Below, in pieces: positions 24,726 to 32,744 of a stretch of 40,000 nucleotides of DNA; position 1 is the stretch's first letter, and each line of letters opens with the position of its first letter. This DNA is from Thiohalorhabdus methylotrophus (lineage in GTDB: Bacteria > Pseudomonadota > Gammaproteobacteria > Thiohalorhabdales > Thiohalorhabdaceae), in the NCBI RefSeq assembly GCF_041821045.1, contig NZ_JBGUAW010000006.1:173821-213820 (forward strand), read 5' to 3'. Both the position numbers and the translations under genes were made by a program. The notes beneath the pieces were generated by a model that was not told where the DNA came from, ran no database searches, and worked only from the letters and a program-made list of their open reading frames with translations.

Positions 24726-27540
24726 ACCAATATATTACACTCGCCCGGAAACCACCCCGCCGAAGGATGGCGACCCGGTGACCTTTACGCTCAACGGGGA
24801 AACCCTGGTTGCCGAGCCCGGCGAGACCATTCTGCAAGCGGCCCAGCGGTACGGCACCGAGATCCCGTACCTCTGCTACCACGACAACCTGCGCGCCGAC
24901 GGCAACTGCCGGTCCTGCGTCGTGGAGGTGGAGGGCGAGCGGGTGCTGGCCCCCTCCTGCTGCCGTGCCCCCAAGGAGGGCATGAATGTCCATTCCGACA
25001 GCGAGCGGGCCCGCAAATCGCAGCGCATGGTCCTCGAGCTGCTGCTCGCCGATCAGGGGCCGGCGGAGTACACCAAGCACAGCGAGCTCACCTACTGGGC
25101 GGAGAAGCTCGGAGTCGCCGAATCCCGTTTCCCCGCGGAGAAGAGCGCCGAATCGGACAGCTCCAACCCGGCCATCTCGGTCAACCTGGATGCCTGTATT
25201 CAGTGCACCCGCTGCGTCCGCGCCTGCCGTGAGGAGCAGGAAAACGACGTGATCGGCTACGCCTTCCGGGGCAACGAGGCGGAGATCGTCTTCGACCTGG
25301 GCGACCCCATGGGCGAGAGCACCTGCGTGAGCTGCGGCGAGTGCGTCCAGGTTTGCCCCACCGGGGCCCTGATGCCGCAGTCGGCGGTCGGCGAGGACGA
25401 ATCCGAGAAGGACGTGGAGTCGGTCTGCCCGTACTGCGGCGTGGGCTGCCTGCTCACCTACCACGTCAAGGACGACAAGATCCAGTGGACGGACGGCCGC
25501 GACGGGCCCTCCAACCACAACCGCCTGTGCGTCAAGGGGCGCTATGGCTATGACTACTCCCGGAGCCCCGAGCGGCTCACCAAGCCGCTGATCCGGCGCG
25601 AAGACGCTCCGAAGGAGGCCGATCCCCAGATCGATCCGGCCAACCCCTATACCCACTTCCGGGAGGCCACCTGGGAGGAAGCCCTGGACCGCGCTGGCTA
25701 CGACCTGCGCAATATCCGGGACAAGTACGGCTCCCAGGCCCTGGCGGGATTCGGCTCCGCCAAGGGCAGCAACGAGGAGGCCTACCTCTTCCAGAAGCTG
25801 GTCCGGACCGGCTTCGGGACCAATAACGTGGATCACTGCACCCGGCTGTGCCACGCCTCCTCGGTGAAGGCCATGCTGGAGATGATCGGCACCGGCGGCA
25901 TCACCAACCAAGTGGAGGACGTCGCCCGGGCCGAGGTGATCGTGGTGATCGGCGCCAACCCGCCGGTCAACCACCCGGTGGCCTCCAGCTTCATGAAGAA
26001 CGCCGCCCAGAACGGCAAGAAGCTGATCCTCATCGACCCGCGGCGCACGGACATGGCTCCGCACGCAGATTACATGCTCCAGTTCCAGCCCGACACGGAC
26101 GTGGCCCTGCTCAACTCCATGATGGCCGCCATCCTCGAGGAGGGGCTGGTGGACGAGGAGTTCATCCGCAGCCATACCTCGGGCTTCGAGGCCCTGCAGG
26201 AGCACCTGGCCGCCTACAGCCCGGATCACATGGAGCCCATCACCGGGATCCCCGCGGAGACCATCCGGGAGGTGAGCAGGCTCTACGCCACCTCCGAGGG
26301 CTCCATGATCTTCTGGGGCATGGGCGTTTCCCAGCACAGCCACGGCACGGACAACGCCCGGGCCCTCATCGACCTGGCCCTCATGACCGGCCAGATCGGG
26401 CGCCCCGGCACCGGGCTTCACCCCCTGCGCGGCCAGAACAACGTCCAGGGCGCTTCCGACGCCGGCCTGATTCCCATGGTCTATCCGGACTACCAGCCGG
26501 TGAACGATACGGCGACCCAGGAGAAATTCGAGCAGTTCTGGGGCAGCAAGCTCGATGACCAGCTTGGCCTGACCGCGGTCGAGATCTTCAACGAGGCCCA
26601 TGAAGGCAACATCAAGGGCATGTACATCATGGGCGAGAACCCGGCCATGTCGGACCCCAACCTCCGGCATTCGCGGGAATCCCTGGTGCACCTGGAGAAC
26701 CTCACCGTCCAGGACCTGTTCCTGACCGAGACGGCCTTCTACGCCGACGTGGTGCTGCCGGCCTCGGCCTTCCAGGAGAAGCTCGGCACCTATACCAACA
26801 CGGATCGCCGCGTGCAGATGGGCCGCCCGGCCCTCTCCCTGCCCGGTGACGCCCGGCAGGACCTGGACCTGATCCAGGAAATCGCCCGCCGATTGGGCCT
26901 GGATTGGAACTATTCCGGTCCCCGGGAGGTCTGGGAAGAGATGCGGCAGTGCATGCCCTCCATCGCCGGCATGAGCTGGGAGCGACTGGACCGGGAGGAC
27001 TCCATCACCTACCCCTGCCCCACCGAGGATCATCCGGGAACGCCCATTTTGTTCCTGGACAAGACCTTCTGGACGCAGGACGGCAAGGCGCACTTCCAGA
27101 CCGCCGACTTCACCCGGGCCAAGGAGCTCCCGGACGACGAATATCCGTTCGTCCTGATCACCGGTCGCCAGCTGGAGCATTGGCATACCGGCTCCATGAC
27201 CCGTCGGACCCAGGTGCTCAACGCCATCGAGCCCATGGCCACCCTGAGCATGCACCCGGAGGACCTGCGGCAGATGGGCCTGCAGCCGGGAGACAAGGTC
27301 CGGACCTACAGTCGGCGGGGATCCGTCGATCTGGCCACCCGTGCCGACGACGGCCTGCACCGTGGCCAGGTCTTCCTGCCCTTCGCCTATCACGAAGCGG
27401 CGGCGAACCTGCTGACCACGGATGTTCTGGATCCGGATGCCAAGATCCCCGAGTTCAAGTACTGCGCCGTGCAGATTCAGCCCTCTGCGGAACAGGACCT
27501 GCACTTGACCCCCGAGGAGCCAACCGTGCAGACGGGCTGA
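24715..27540 (+). CDS. fdsA: Formate dehydrogenase alpha subunit (molybdopterin; N-terminal 2Fe-2S and 4Fe-4S domains), Cys-type
   Basis: CRSCVVEV, CIQCTRCVRAC, CVSCGECVQVCPTGAL, CPYCGVGC, and the active-site region HCTRLCHASSV. This is Cys, with no in-frame TGA. The ATG at 24715 overlaps the fdsB stop by 11 nt. Confidence 0.9.
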   Translation: MGVKPIYYTRPETTPPKDGDPVTFTLNGETLVAEPGETILQAAQRYGTEIPYLCYHDNLRADGNCRSCVVEVEGERVLAPSCCRAPKEGMNVHSDSERARKSQRMVLELLLADQGPAEYTKHSELTYWAEKLGVAESRFPAEKSAESDSSNPAISVNLDACIQCTRCVRACREEQENDVIGYAFRGNEAEIVFDLGDPMGESTCVSCGECVQVCPTGALMPQSAVGEDESEKDVESVCPYCGVGCLLTYHVKDDKIQWTDGRDGPSNHNRLCVKGRYGYDYSRSPERLTKPLIRREDAPKEADPQIDPANPYTHFREATWEEALDRAGYDLRNIRDKYGSQALAGFGSAKGSNEEAYLFQKLVRTGFGTNNVDHCTRLCHASSVKAMLEMIGTGGITNQVEDVARAEVIVVIGANPPVNHPVASSFMKNAAQNGKKLILIDPRRTDMAPHADYMLQFQPDTDVALLNSMMAAILEEGLVDEEFIRSHTSGFEALQEHLAAYSPDHMEPITGIPAETIREVSRLYATSEGSMIFWGMGVSQHSHGTDNARALIDLALMTGQIGRPGTGLHPLRGQNNVQGASDAGLIPMVYPDYQPVNDTATQEKFEQFWGSKLDDQLGLTAVEIFNEAHEGNIKGMYIMGENPAMSDPNLRHSRESLVHLENLTVQDLFLTETAFYADVVLPASAFQEKLGTYTNTDRRVQMGRPALSLPGDARQDLDLIQEIARRLGLDWNYSGPREVWEEMRQCMPSIAGMSWERLDREDSITYPCPTEDHPGTPILFLDKTFWTQDGKAHFQTADFTRAKELPDDEYPFVLITGRQLEHWHTGSMTRRTQVLNAIEPMATLSMHPEDLRQMGLQPGDKVRTYSRRGSVDLATRADDGLHRGQVFLPFAYHEAAANLLTTDVLDPDAKIPEFKYCAVQIQPSAEQDLHLTPEEPTVQTG

Positions 27541-27575
27541 CGGGGACGCATCCCATTCGGATGGAGGTCAGGAGG

Positions 27576-27610
27576 CGGTCCCGGCACAAGCTCGGGACCG
27601 TCCTCGTTTG
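27576..27610 (+). terminator. Possible weak terminator or attenuator after fdsA
   Basis: An 8-bp stem CGGTCCCG/CGGGACCG is followed by TCCTCGTTTGT. Confidence 0.3.
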
Positions 27611-27720
27611 TAGCTCTTGTAATCTGAACCCCGTACAAATGCGAAACGACTGCGCCGCGAGCGCCTGTAAAGAAAGAACGCGCCAACCACAATCCACAAA
27701 CCAACCAGGAAATCGCTTCT

Positions 27721-29070
27721 ATGGCCCAGCCTAAAAAACCCGCACCTTCCCCCTACGGTGAAGGCGATGAACGTCACCAGATCGTCGTCGTGGGCGGAGG
27801 CGCCGGAGGAATGGAGCTTGCCTCCCAGCTCGGCAACAAGCTGAAGAATTCCTCCCACGCCGCCGTAACCCTCGTGGACGGTGCCCTGACCCACCTCTGG
27901 AAGCCCCTGCTGCACGAGGTGGCCGCAGGCACCCTGGACTCCCAGGGCGACGCGGTGGACTTCCTCGCCCTGGGGGCCATGCACGGCTACCGTTTCCGGA
28001 TGGGCCGCATGAACGGGCTGGACCGGGAAAACCAGGAGATCCGCCTGGCGCCCATCTGCAATGATGACGGCTGGGAGGTGGTTCCCGCGCGCCGCTTCCG
28101 CTACGACACCCTGATCATCTCCGTTGGCTCCGTGACCAACGACCTGGGGCTGGAAGGCGTGCGGGAGCACTGCCACTTCCTCGACCACCGCGACGAGGCG
28201 GACAAGTTCCACCGGGTCTTCCTGGAGCAGTTCCTCCATGCCCAGACCCAGGAGGAAACGCCGCACGAAGGCCAGCTCAACGTGGCCATCGTGGGTGCGG
28301 GCGCAACGGGAATCGAGCTGGCGGCCGAGCTCAACTATGCCGCCCAGCAGTTCGTGGAGTACGGGCTGGACCGCATCACGCCCGAACGGCACATGCGCAT
28401 CACCATCCTCGAGGCCGCGGACCGCATCCTCCCCGCCCTTCCCGGACGGGTGGCGAAGCAGACCCGGAAGCAGCTCGAGGACCTCGGCATCGAGATCGTC
28501 ACCGGCGAGGCCGCCGAGAAGATCACCGCGGAAGGCATTACCACGCAATCGGGCCGCTATATACCGGCACGCATGAAGGTCTGGGCGGCCGGCATCAAGG
28601 CCCCGGACTTCCTCAGCGAGCTGGAAGGACTGGAAACCAACCGGCGCAACCAGCTAGTGGTGGACCAGACCCTGCAGACCAGCGACCCCAACATCTTCGC
28701 CATGGGGGACTGCGCCCAGTGTCCGTGGCCCGAGAAGGAGACTTCCGTTCCGCCACGCGCGCAGGCGGCCCACCAGCAGGCAACCACTCTGCTGCGCACC
28801 GCACAGAACCGCTTGAAGGGCAAGCCGCCGGCGGAATTCCATTACCACGACCACGGGTCGCTGATTAACCTGAGCCATTACAATACCGTCGGTAACCTGA
28901 TGGGTAATCTGGCCGGCTCTATCACCATCGAGGGATGGGCCGCTCGGGTAGCGTACCGATCCCTGTACCGCATGCATCAGCGTGTGCTGTACGGCACGCT
29001 GCGTACGGGAATCGCCATCATGGGGGACTGGATCGGGCATCGCCATCGTCCCCGCCTCAAGCTCCACTAG
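27721..29070 (+). CDS. ndh: Type II NADH:quinone oxidoreductase (NDH-2)
   Basis: Two dinucleotide-binding motifs, IVVVGGGAGGMELA and VAIVGAGATGIELAAEL, plus the MGDCA motif. 449 aa. Confidence 0.8.
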   Translation: MAQPKKPAPSPYGEGDERHQIVVVGGGAGGMELASQLGNKLKNSSHAAVTLVDGALTHLWKPLLHEVAAGTLDSQGDAVDFLALGAMHGYRFRMGRMNGLDRENQEIRLAPICNDDGWEVVPARRFRYDTLIISVGSVTNDLGLEGVREHCHFLDHRDEADKFHRVFLEQFLHAQTQEETPHEGQLNVAIVGAGATGIELAAELNYAAQQFVEYGLDRITPERHMRITILEAADRILPALPGRVAKQTRKQLEDLGIEIVTGEAAEKITAEGITTQSGRYIPARMKVWAAGIKAPDFLSELEGLETNRRNQLVVDQTLQTSDPNIFAMGDCAQCPWPEKETSVPPRAQAAHQQATTLLRTAQNRLKGKPPAEFHYHDHGSLINLSHYNTVGNLMGNLAGSITIEGWAARVAYRSLYRMHQRVLYGTLRTGIAIMGDWIGHRHRPRLKLH

Positions 29071-29143
29071 CTCCGGCTTTCTTGGAGCCTTCCCAGACTG
29101 GACGCTTGGTCAAAGGGAGACTCCGAAAGCCGGACCCATAAAG

Positions 29144-29181
29144 AAGGCGATGCGGGGATATCCCGCATCGCCTTTTTCTTT
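29144..29181. terminator. Intrinsic terminator between convergent ndh and the APC permease gene (likely bidirectional)
   Basis: An 11-bp stem GGCGATGCGGG/CCCGCATCGCC with a 5-nt loop, followed by TTTTTCTTT on the plus strand and preceded by ATAAAGAA. Confidence 0.7.
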
Positions 29182-29206
29182 GCCCGCTGGCCGCATCCGC
29201 GTGCGG

Positions 29207-30835
29207 TCAGGAGTACACGGCAAACTGCCGGGAGATGAGCACCACCGCGATACCCAGTGCGATGGCCACATAGGGCAGATAACCGGCGCGGAGCTGCACC
29301 TTCTCCTCGGCCTGAAGCTCCTTCTGCTCGGCCTCAGGGAACTTGCCACCGTCCTGGATGTAGTGCCGGAACCAGAAAACCGGCAGGATCAGCGCGGCGA
29401 AGACCACACTGGCCAACAGGGTGTTCTCGCCCCAGACGCCGGAGCCCACCCCGAGCAGCACGGCGTTCACGAAGGACAGGACCACGCCCACGCCGAGCAG
29501 CCAGGTGGGGCAGCGGAACGGGCGATACCAGTCGGGGCGGTCCAGGCGGTGGATCCAGCCCGCGTTCAGATTGAGGAAGTTGAAGATGATATAGGTAACG
29601 TTGGACGCCGCCAGCAGGAACACGTAGTTGGACATCAGCAGCAGAATGAGATTGAAGCCGAGGTCCGTCCACATGGCATTGGTGGGGGCGCCATGCTGGT
29701 TGGCCTTGCCCAGGTACCGCGGCAGCCAGCCGTCCAGACCGCCCTGGTACAGGGTCCGGGAGGAGCCCGCCATGGAAGTCATGATGGCCAGGAGCAAGGC
29801 CAGGATCAGCATCACCACCAGGATATTCTGGATGACGGCACCGCCGCCCACCATTTCCGACATGGCCGCCGCCACACCCGTACCGTCGGCGATCCGGGGC
29901 GCGACCAGCCCTTCCGGCCCGAAGAATCCCTGGAAGGAGAAAGGCACCAGCGTGTACACGGCGATGCAGAGCAGACCGGAATAAAAGATGGACTTGAAGG
30001 TGTCCTTCTCCGGCTCCTTGAACTCGCGCGTGTAGCAGACGGCCGTCTCGAAGGCGTAGGCCGACCAGGCGGCGATGAACAGTCCGCCCATGAACAGCGT
30101 CCAGCCGTGGGCATCCCAGGAGCCCGGCACCACCTCGCCGCCGGCGGTCACCGTTTCCAGGGGCACGAAAGGCGCGAAGTTCTGGCTGGGGATGTCGCCG
30201 GTGATCAGCGGAACCAAGCCCACCAGCAGCAGCGGGATCAGGGCCGAGAGGGCGGCGATCTTCTGCAGCTTGGCGGCCCGCAGGATGCCGTGGTGCTGCA
30301 TGCCGAACACCACCAGCAGGACCAAGGCGCCGAGAATGAACTGGGCATTGATCCGGAGAGTGAGGCCCTCCTTGATCCAGGCCAGATTCACCAGGGTCAT
30401 GGACCAGGTGTTGATGACGGCGTCGGCCGGGAACAGTCCGGTCAGGATATAACCCGCCGCAAGGCCGGTACCGATGGCCAGCACGGGACTCCAGGCGAAC
30501 CAGTTGCACCAGACCGAAAGGGGGGCGATCAGCTTACTGTATCGTACCCAGGCCATGGCGCCGTAAACGGAGGCGCCTCCGGATTTTTCCGGGTACATCC
30601 CGGCGATTTCCGCATAAGTGAACGCTTGCAAAAACCCGAACAATACGGACAAGAACCAGACCAGGGGAGAGGGGGCTCCCACGGTGGCCGAAATGGCTCC
30701 AATGGAGAACAGGACAAGGGCGGGAACGCCGCTTGCCACCCAGAAGGCGTGCGTCCAGCTAATTGTGCGGTGTAACTCATGGGCCTCCCCCGAAGGGGCT
30801 GCGACTGTTGGGCCCGCTACAGTTTCGCTGGCCAT
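29207..30835 (-). CDS. APC-superfamily amino acid/amine permease
   Basis: 542 aa and polytopic. The segment FTYAEIAGMYPEKSGGASVYG is the APC-family signature region. Substrate unknown. Confidence 0.8.
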   Translation of the reverse strand: MASETVAGPTVAAPSGEAHELHRTISWTHAFWVASGVPALVLFSIGAISATVGAPSPLVWFLSVLFGFLQAFTYAEIAGMYPEKSGGASVYGAMAWVRYSKLIAPLSVWCNWFAWSPVLAIGTGLAAGYILTGLFPADAVINTWSMTLVNLAWIKEGLTLRINAQFILGALVLLVVFGMQHHGILRAAKLQKIAALSALIPLLLVGLVPLITGDIPSQNFAPFVPLETVTAGGEVVPGSWDAHGWTLFMGGLFIAAWSAYAFETAVCYTREFKEPEKDTFKSIFYSGLLCIAVYTLVPFSFQGFFGPEGLVAPRIADGTGVAAAMSEMVGGGAVIQNILVVMLILALLLAIMTSMAGSSRTLYQGGLDGWLPRYLGKANQHGAPTNAMWTDLGFNLILLLMSNYVFLLAASNVTYIIFNFLNLNAGWIHRLDRPDWYRPFRCPTWLLGVGVVLSFVNAVLLGVGSGVWGENTLLASVVFAALILPVFWFRHYIQDGGKFPEAEQKELQAEEKVQLRAGYLPYVAIALGIAVVLISRQFAVYS

Positions 30836-31054
30836 ATTCTTCTCCCTGAATTAAACAGACATATTGCGCTGCTCTTCCCTTTCCGAGCCCTCCGAAATTG
30901 TTCCGGGCGGTTGGCCATTTCCTAAATTTATGCTAATATTCAAGCATAGCCATGCGCTTAGGCTCGGGAAGAGAAAACCCTGATTGTTTTCCGCTTTACG
31001 ATTCCGCGCTTGGCTTATCCTCCTTTAACCCGCAGGGGATGTGTGGGGGATTCC

Positions 31055-31067
31055 GGGGATGCCGGCA
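31055..31067. repeat. Copy 1 of the exact 13-mer GGGATGCCGGCAT (10-bp palindrome ATGCCGGCAT)
   Basis: An identical 13-mer recurs at 32118-32130. The two copies bracket the two small ORFs. Confidence 0.6.
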
Positions 31068-31091
31068 TGCACGCGCCCTCGTGCATGCCGG
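31060..31091. other. 13-bp-stem hairpin between the small ORF and the APC permease gene
   Basis: GCCGGCATGCACG-cgccct-CGTGCATGCCGGC. No U-tract. It contains the palindrome ATGCCGGCAT. Confidence 0.45.
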
Positions 31092-31177
31092 CCGCCGCCC
31101 CCGGATCCGTTACGGTTGATTGCTCCCGTTCCCTCCTTTGCCAATGGCCACATTCGTCCATCCAGCACCAAGCCGAT

Positions 31178-31495
31178 CTAGTGCTTGCCCCCGCCGGCAC
31201 CCGAACCCTCCTCGCTGCCGATAACGGCCCGCAGGGCGGCGCGTAGCTGCTCCACCCGCTGCTCCGGGGTCGGCCCCGACGCGGAGGCTTTCTCGTCCTG
31301 CAAGGCATCCGGATTGTCGTCCAGGCATTGCAGGAGACGCCTGGAAGCGTCGATCAGCTCGACGATCCGGGTTTCCGCCTCGATGTAATCCGCAAGCTCT
31401 CCTGGCGTTTTCGCGCCTTCGGAAGTGGTGATTTCCCGCCTCCCGTTCAGAATCACCTCCGCGGCCCGCATGGCCCCCGGGGCATGGACACTCAT
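31178..31495 (-). CDS. Hypothetical small protein (105 aa), no family recognised
   Basis: AGGAGG lies 6 nt before the ATG at 31495. Third positions are strongly G/C-rich like native genes, and the central region is helical-looking (ELADYIEAETRIVELIDASRRLLQCL). A decayed paralogous copy lies at about 34340-34490. Confidence 0.5.
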   Translation of the reverse strand: MSVHAPGAMRAAEVILNGRREITTSEGAKTPGELADYIEAETRIVELIDASRRLLQCLDDNPDALQDEKASASGPTPEQRVEQLRAALRAVIGSEEGSGAGGGKH

Positions 31496-31547
31496 AACCA
31501 TCCTCCTGGCAGGATCGGAGATCGCCTCCGGTCCATGGCTTCCTGAT

Positions 31548-31769
31548 TCAGCATCCGCCCTGGTTATCCATTTCTCCCCCTTGGGGCTCGGGATGGATTT
31601 CCAGCGTGGTTCCCGTCATCGGCACGGCCCGGATATCGGTCTCAACGGTCCACCCCCGTTCGCCATGGAACAGGAATACGCTGCGACCCAGATAGCGGGC
31701 ATGATCACGCGCGCGTTGGACCTCCTTCTCGGGAGGCTCCAGCGGACCGGAAAGCTCCCAATTAGCCAC
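31548..31769 (-). CDS. Hypothetical small protein (73 aa), weakly supported
   Basis: GTG start preceded by GGGGAG. Third-position G/C is lower than in neighbouring genes. No family recognised. Confidence 0.3.
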   Translation of the reverse strand: MANWELSGPLEPPEKEVQRARDHARYLGRSVFLFHGERGWTVETDIRAVPMTGTTLEIHPEPQGGEMDNQGGC

Positions 31770-31860
31770 GCCGGGTCTCCCCGCCCTGACCGGGCTCGCT
31801 TTTGCACGGCCGCATCGCGGCCCGTTGGATTCTGGAGCAGCCCGTAAACCGATCGCGCTC

Positions 31861-32220
31861 CCCGCAACCGTTTAAGAAGCCAATATTCAGTAATTCCAGC
31901 AATAAAAACCCGCTTGATCACTATGGCCGTATGTTCTGATGCAATCTGCACCGTCCACCTACAAAACTTTCACAGGAAATATGAAAACTTATATCCGGCA
32001 TTTGGGGTAGCAGGATTACCCAATAGGGGATAGCACCAGGTAAATATTGCACAAAAAATTTCTTGCTGATAATGAACTCGAGTCCATATTTTAATCACAA
32101 ACACCTTCTAGAAGGCCGGGATGCCGGCATTTATTATAATAATTTGCAAAAATTTTTACTAAAGTTAAACTCCCGGCTTCAGAACGATCCGAATTCTTCT
32201 TCCGGGGATAGCAAACGAGG
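31861..32220. other. AT-rich non-coding island (about 40% G+C by manual count, against clearly above 60% elsewhere)
   Basis: Manual count gives 146 G+C in 360 nt. It contains A/T runs (ttattataataatttgcaaaaattttt). No ORF shows native codon bias. Confidence 0.7.
32118..32130. repeat. Copy 2 of the exact 13-mer GGGATGCCGGCAT
   Basis: Identical to 31055-31067. It lies inside the AT-rich island, next to the 12-bp palindrome CCTTCTAGAAGG (32104-32115). Confidence 0.6.
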
Positions 32221-32261
32221 AATGCGCGGAAAGACCAATAGAAACAATTCCTATCCGCTGC

Positions 32262-32520
32262 CGGGAAACCGCAACCGGCCGGATTTCCTGATTCTTGGCG
32301 GCGGGCTCATGGGCTCCCCAGCGCCCGGGAGCCTCGCAGCCGCTATCCGGACGCCACAATCTGCATGCTGGAAGGGGCGACGCCATACAGACCTCCGACG
32401 GGACATTCCAGCCCGGATACGTGGGCAATGCCGCCGGGCTGTATGCCCACCGCATAGCCCGGACTCCGGCTTTTCAGGGAACCATTAATTGCCCCCGTCA
32501 AGGGCCCCTACCCAATTCAG
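32262..32520 (+). pseudogene. Internally deleted, frameshifted 5' fragment of an lhgO-like FAD oxidoreductase gene (paralogue of 35229..36503)
   Basis: RPDFLILGGGLMG (ORF 32063..32488) matches HPDFLVIGGGIMG of the intact gene. In another frame (ORF 32295..32624), QTSDGTFQPGYVGNAAGLYAHRIAR matches QTSHGTLKPGYVVNAAGLYADRIAR. The junction near 32375 corresponds to loss of about 0.4 kb (about 35372-35778 of the intact copy). Confidence 0.65.
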
Positions 32521-32631
32521 ATGGAATACAACAGCGAAAGACCCCACACACCCCGCTAGACCAGCAGGCCCCGCGGAATGCAAATTGGCGGCTGTCTTTT
32601 AAGCCGGTGTCCACTGCGGCTTGACCAGAAC

Positions 32632-32667
32632 AAAAAAAATGCCCGTACCGGGGGACCCGGTACGGGC
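32632..32667 (-). terminator. Rho-independent terminator of the Amt-family gene
   Basis: A 12-nt inverted repeat GCCCGTACCGGG/CCCGGTACGGGC is followed, on the minus strand, by an 8-nt T-run (A8 at 32632-32639 on the plus strand). Confidence 0.8.
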
Positions 32668-32744
32668 GTTCCTGGCGAATATATCGCAGGTTCGTCGCTA
32701 CATTAAGCGATCACGCCGCACTTGCGGCACGCGAGTTACGGCTG

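Noticed and set aside
24574-27504. 976-aa ORF antisense to the formate dehydrogenase alpha gene
   Set aside because: The translation is Gly/Arg/Val/Leu/Pro-rich with no recognisable motif. The opposite strand encodes a full-length enzyme with every expected Fe-S and molybdopterin motif. Long antisense ORFs are expected in high-GC DNA because stop codons are rare.
24715-27540. Selenocysteine-type formate dehydrogenase
   Set aside because: There is no in-frame TGA, and the active-site position reads Cys (HCTRLCHASS).
31452-31482. The conserved roughly 31-nt block (also at 34451-34481) upstream of two transporter genes, considered as a riboswitch (for example glutamine/glnA-type) or sRNA
   Set aside because: In copy A it is codons 4-14 of a well-initiated ORF. 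The similarity continues at the amino-acid level for about 24 residues and then decays with indels. That pattern fits a coding paralogue or pseudogene rather than a structured RNA. I could not find glnA-motif sequence features.
32063-32488. 141-aa ORF as a genuine gene
   Set aside because: Its N-terminal half is translated AT-rich island with atypical composition. Its C-terminal half is the out-of-frame remnant of the lhgO-like gene, so it is better described as a pseudogene fragment.
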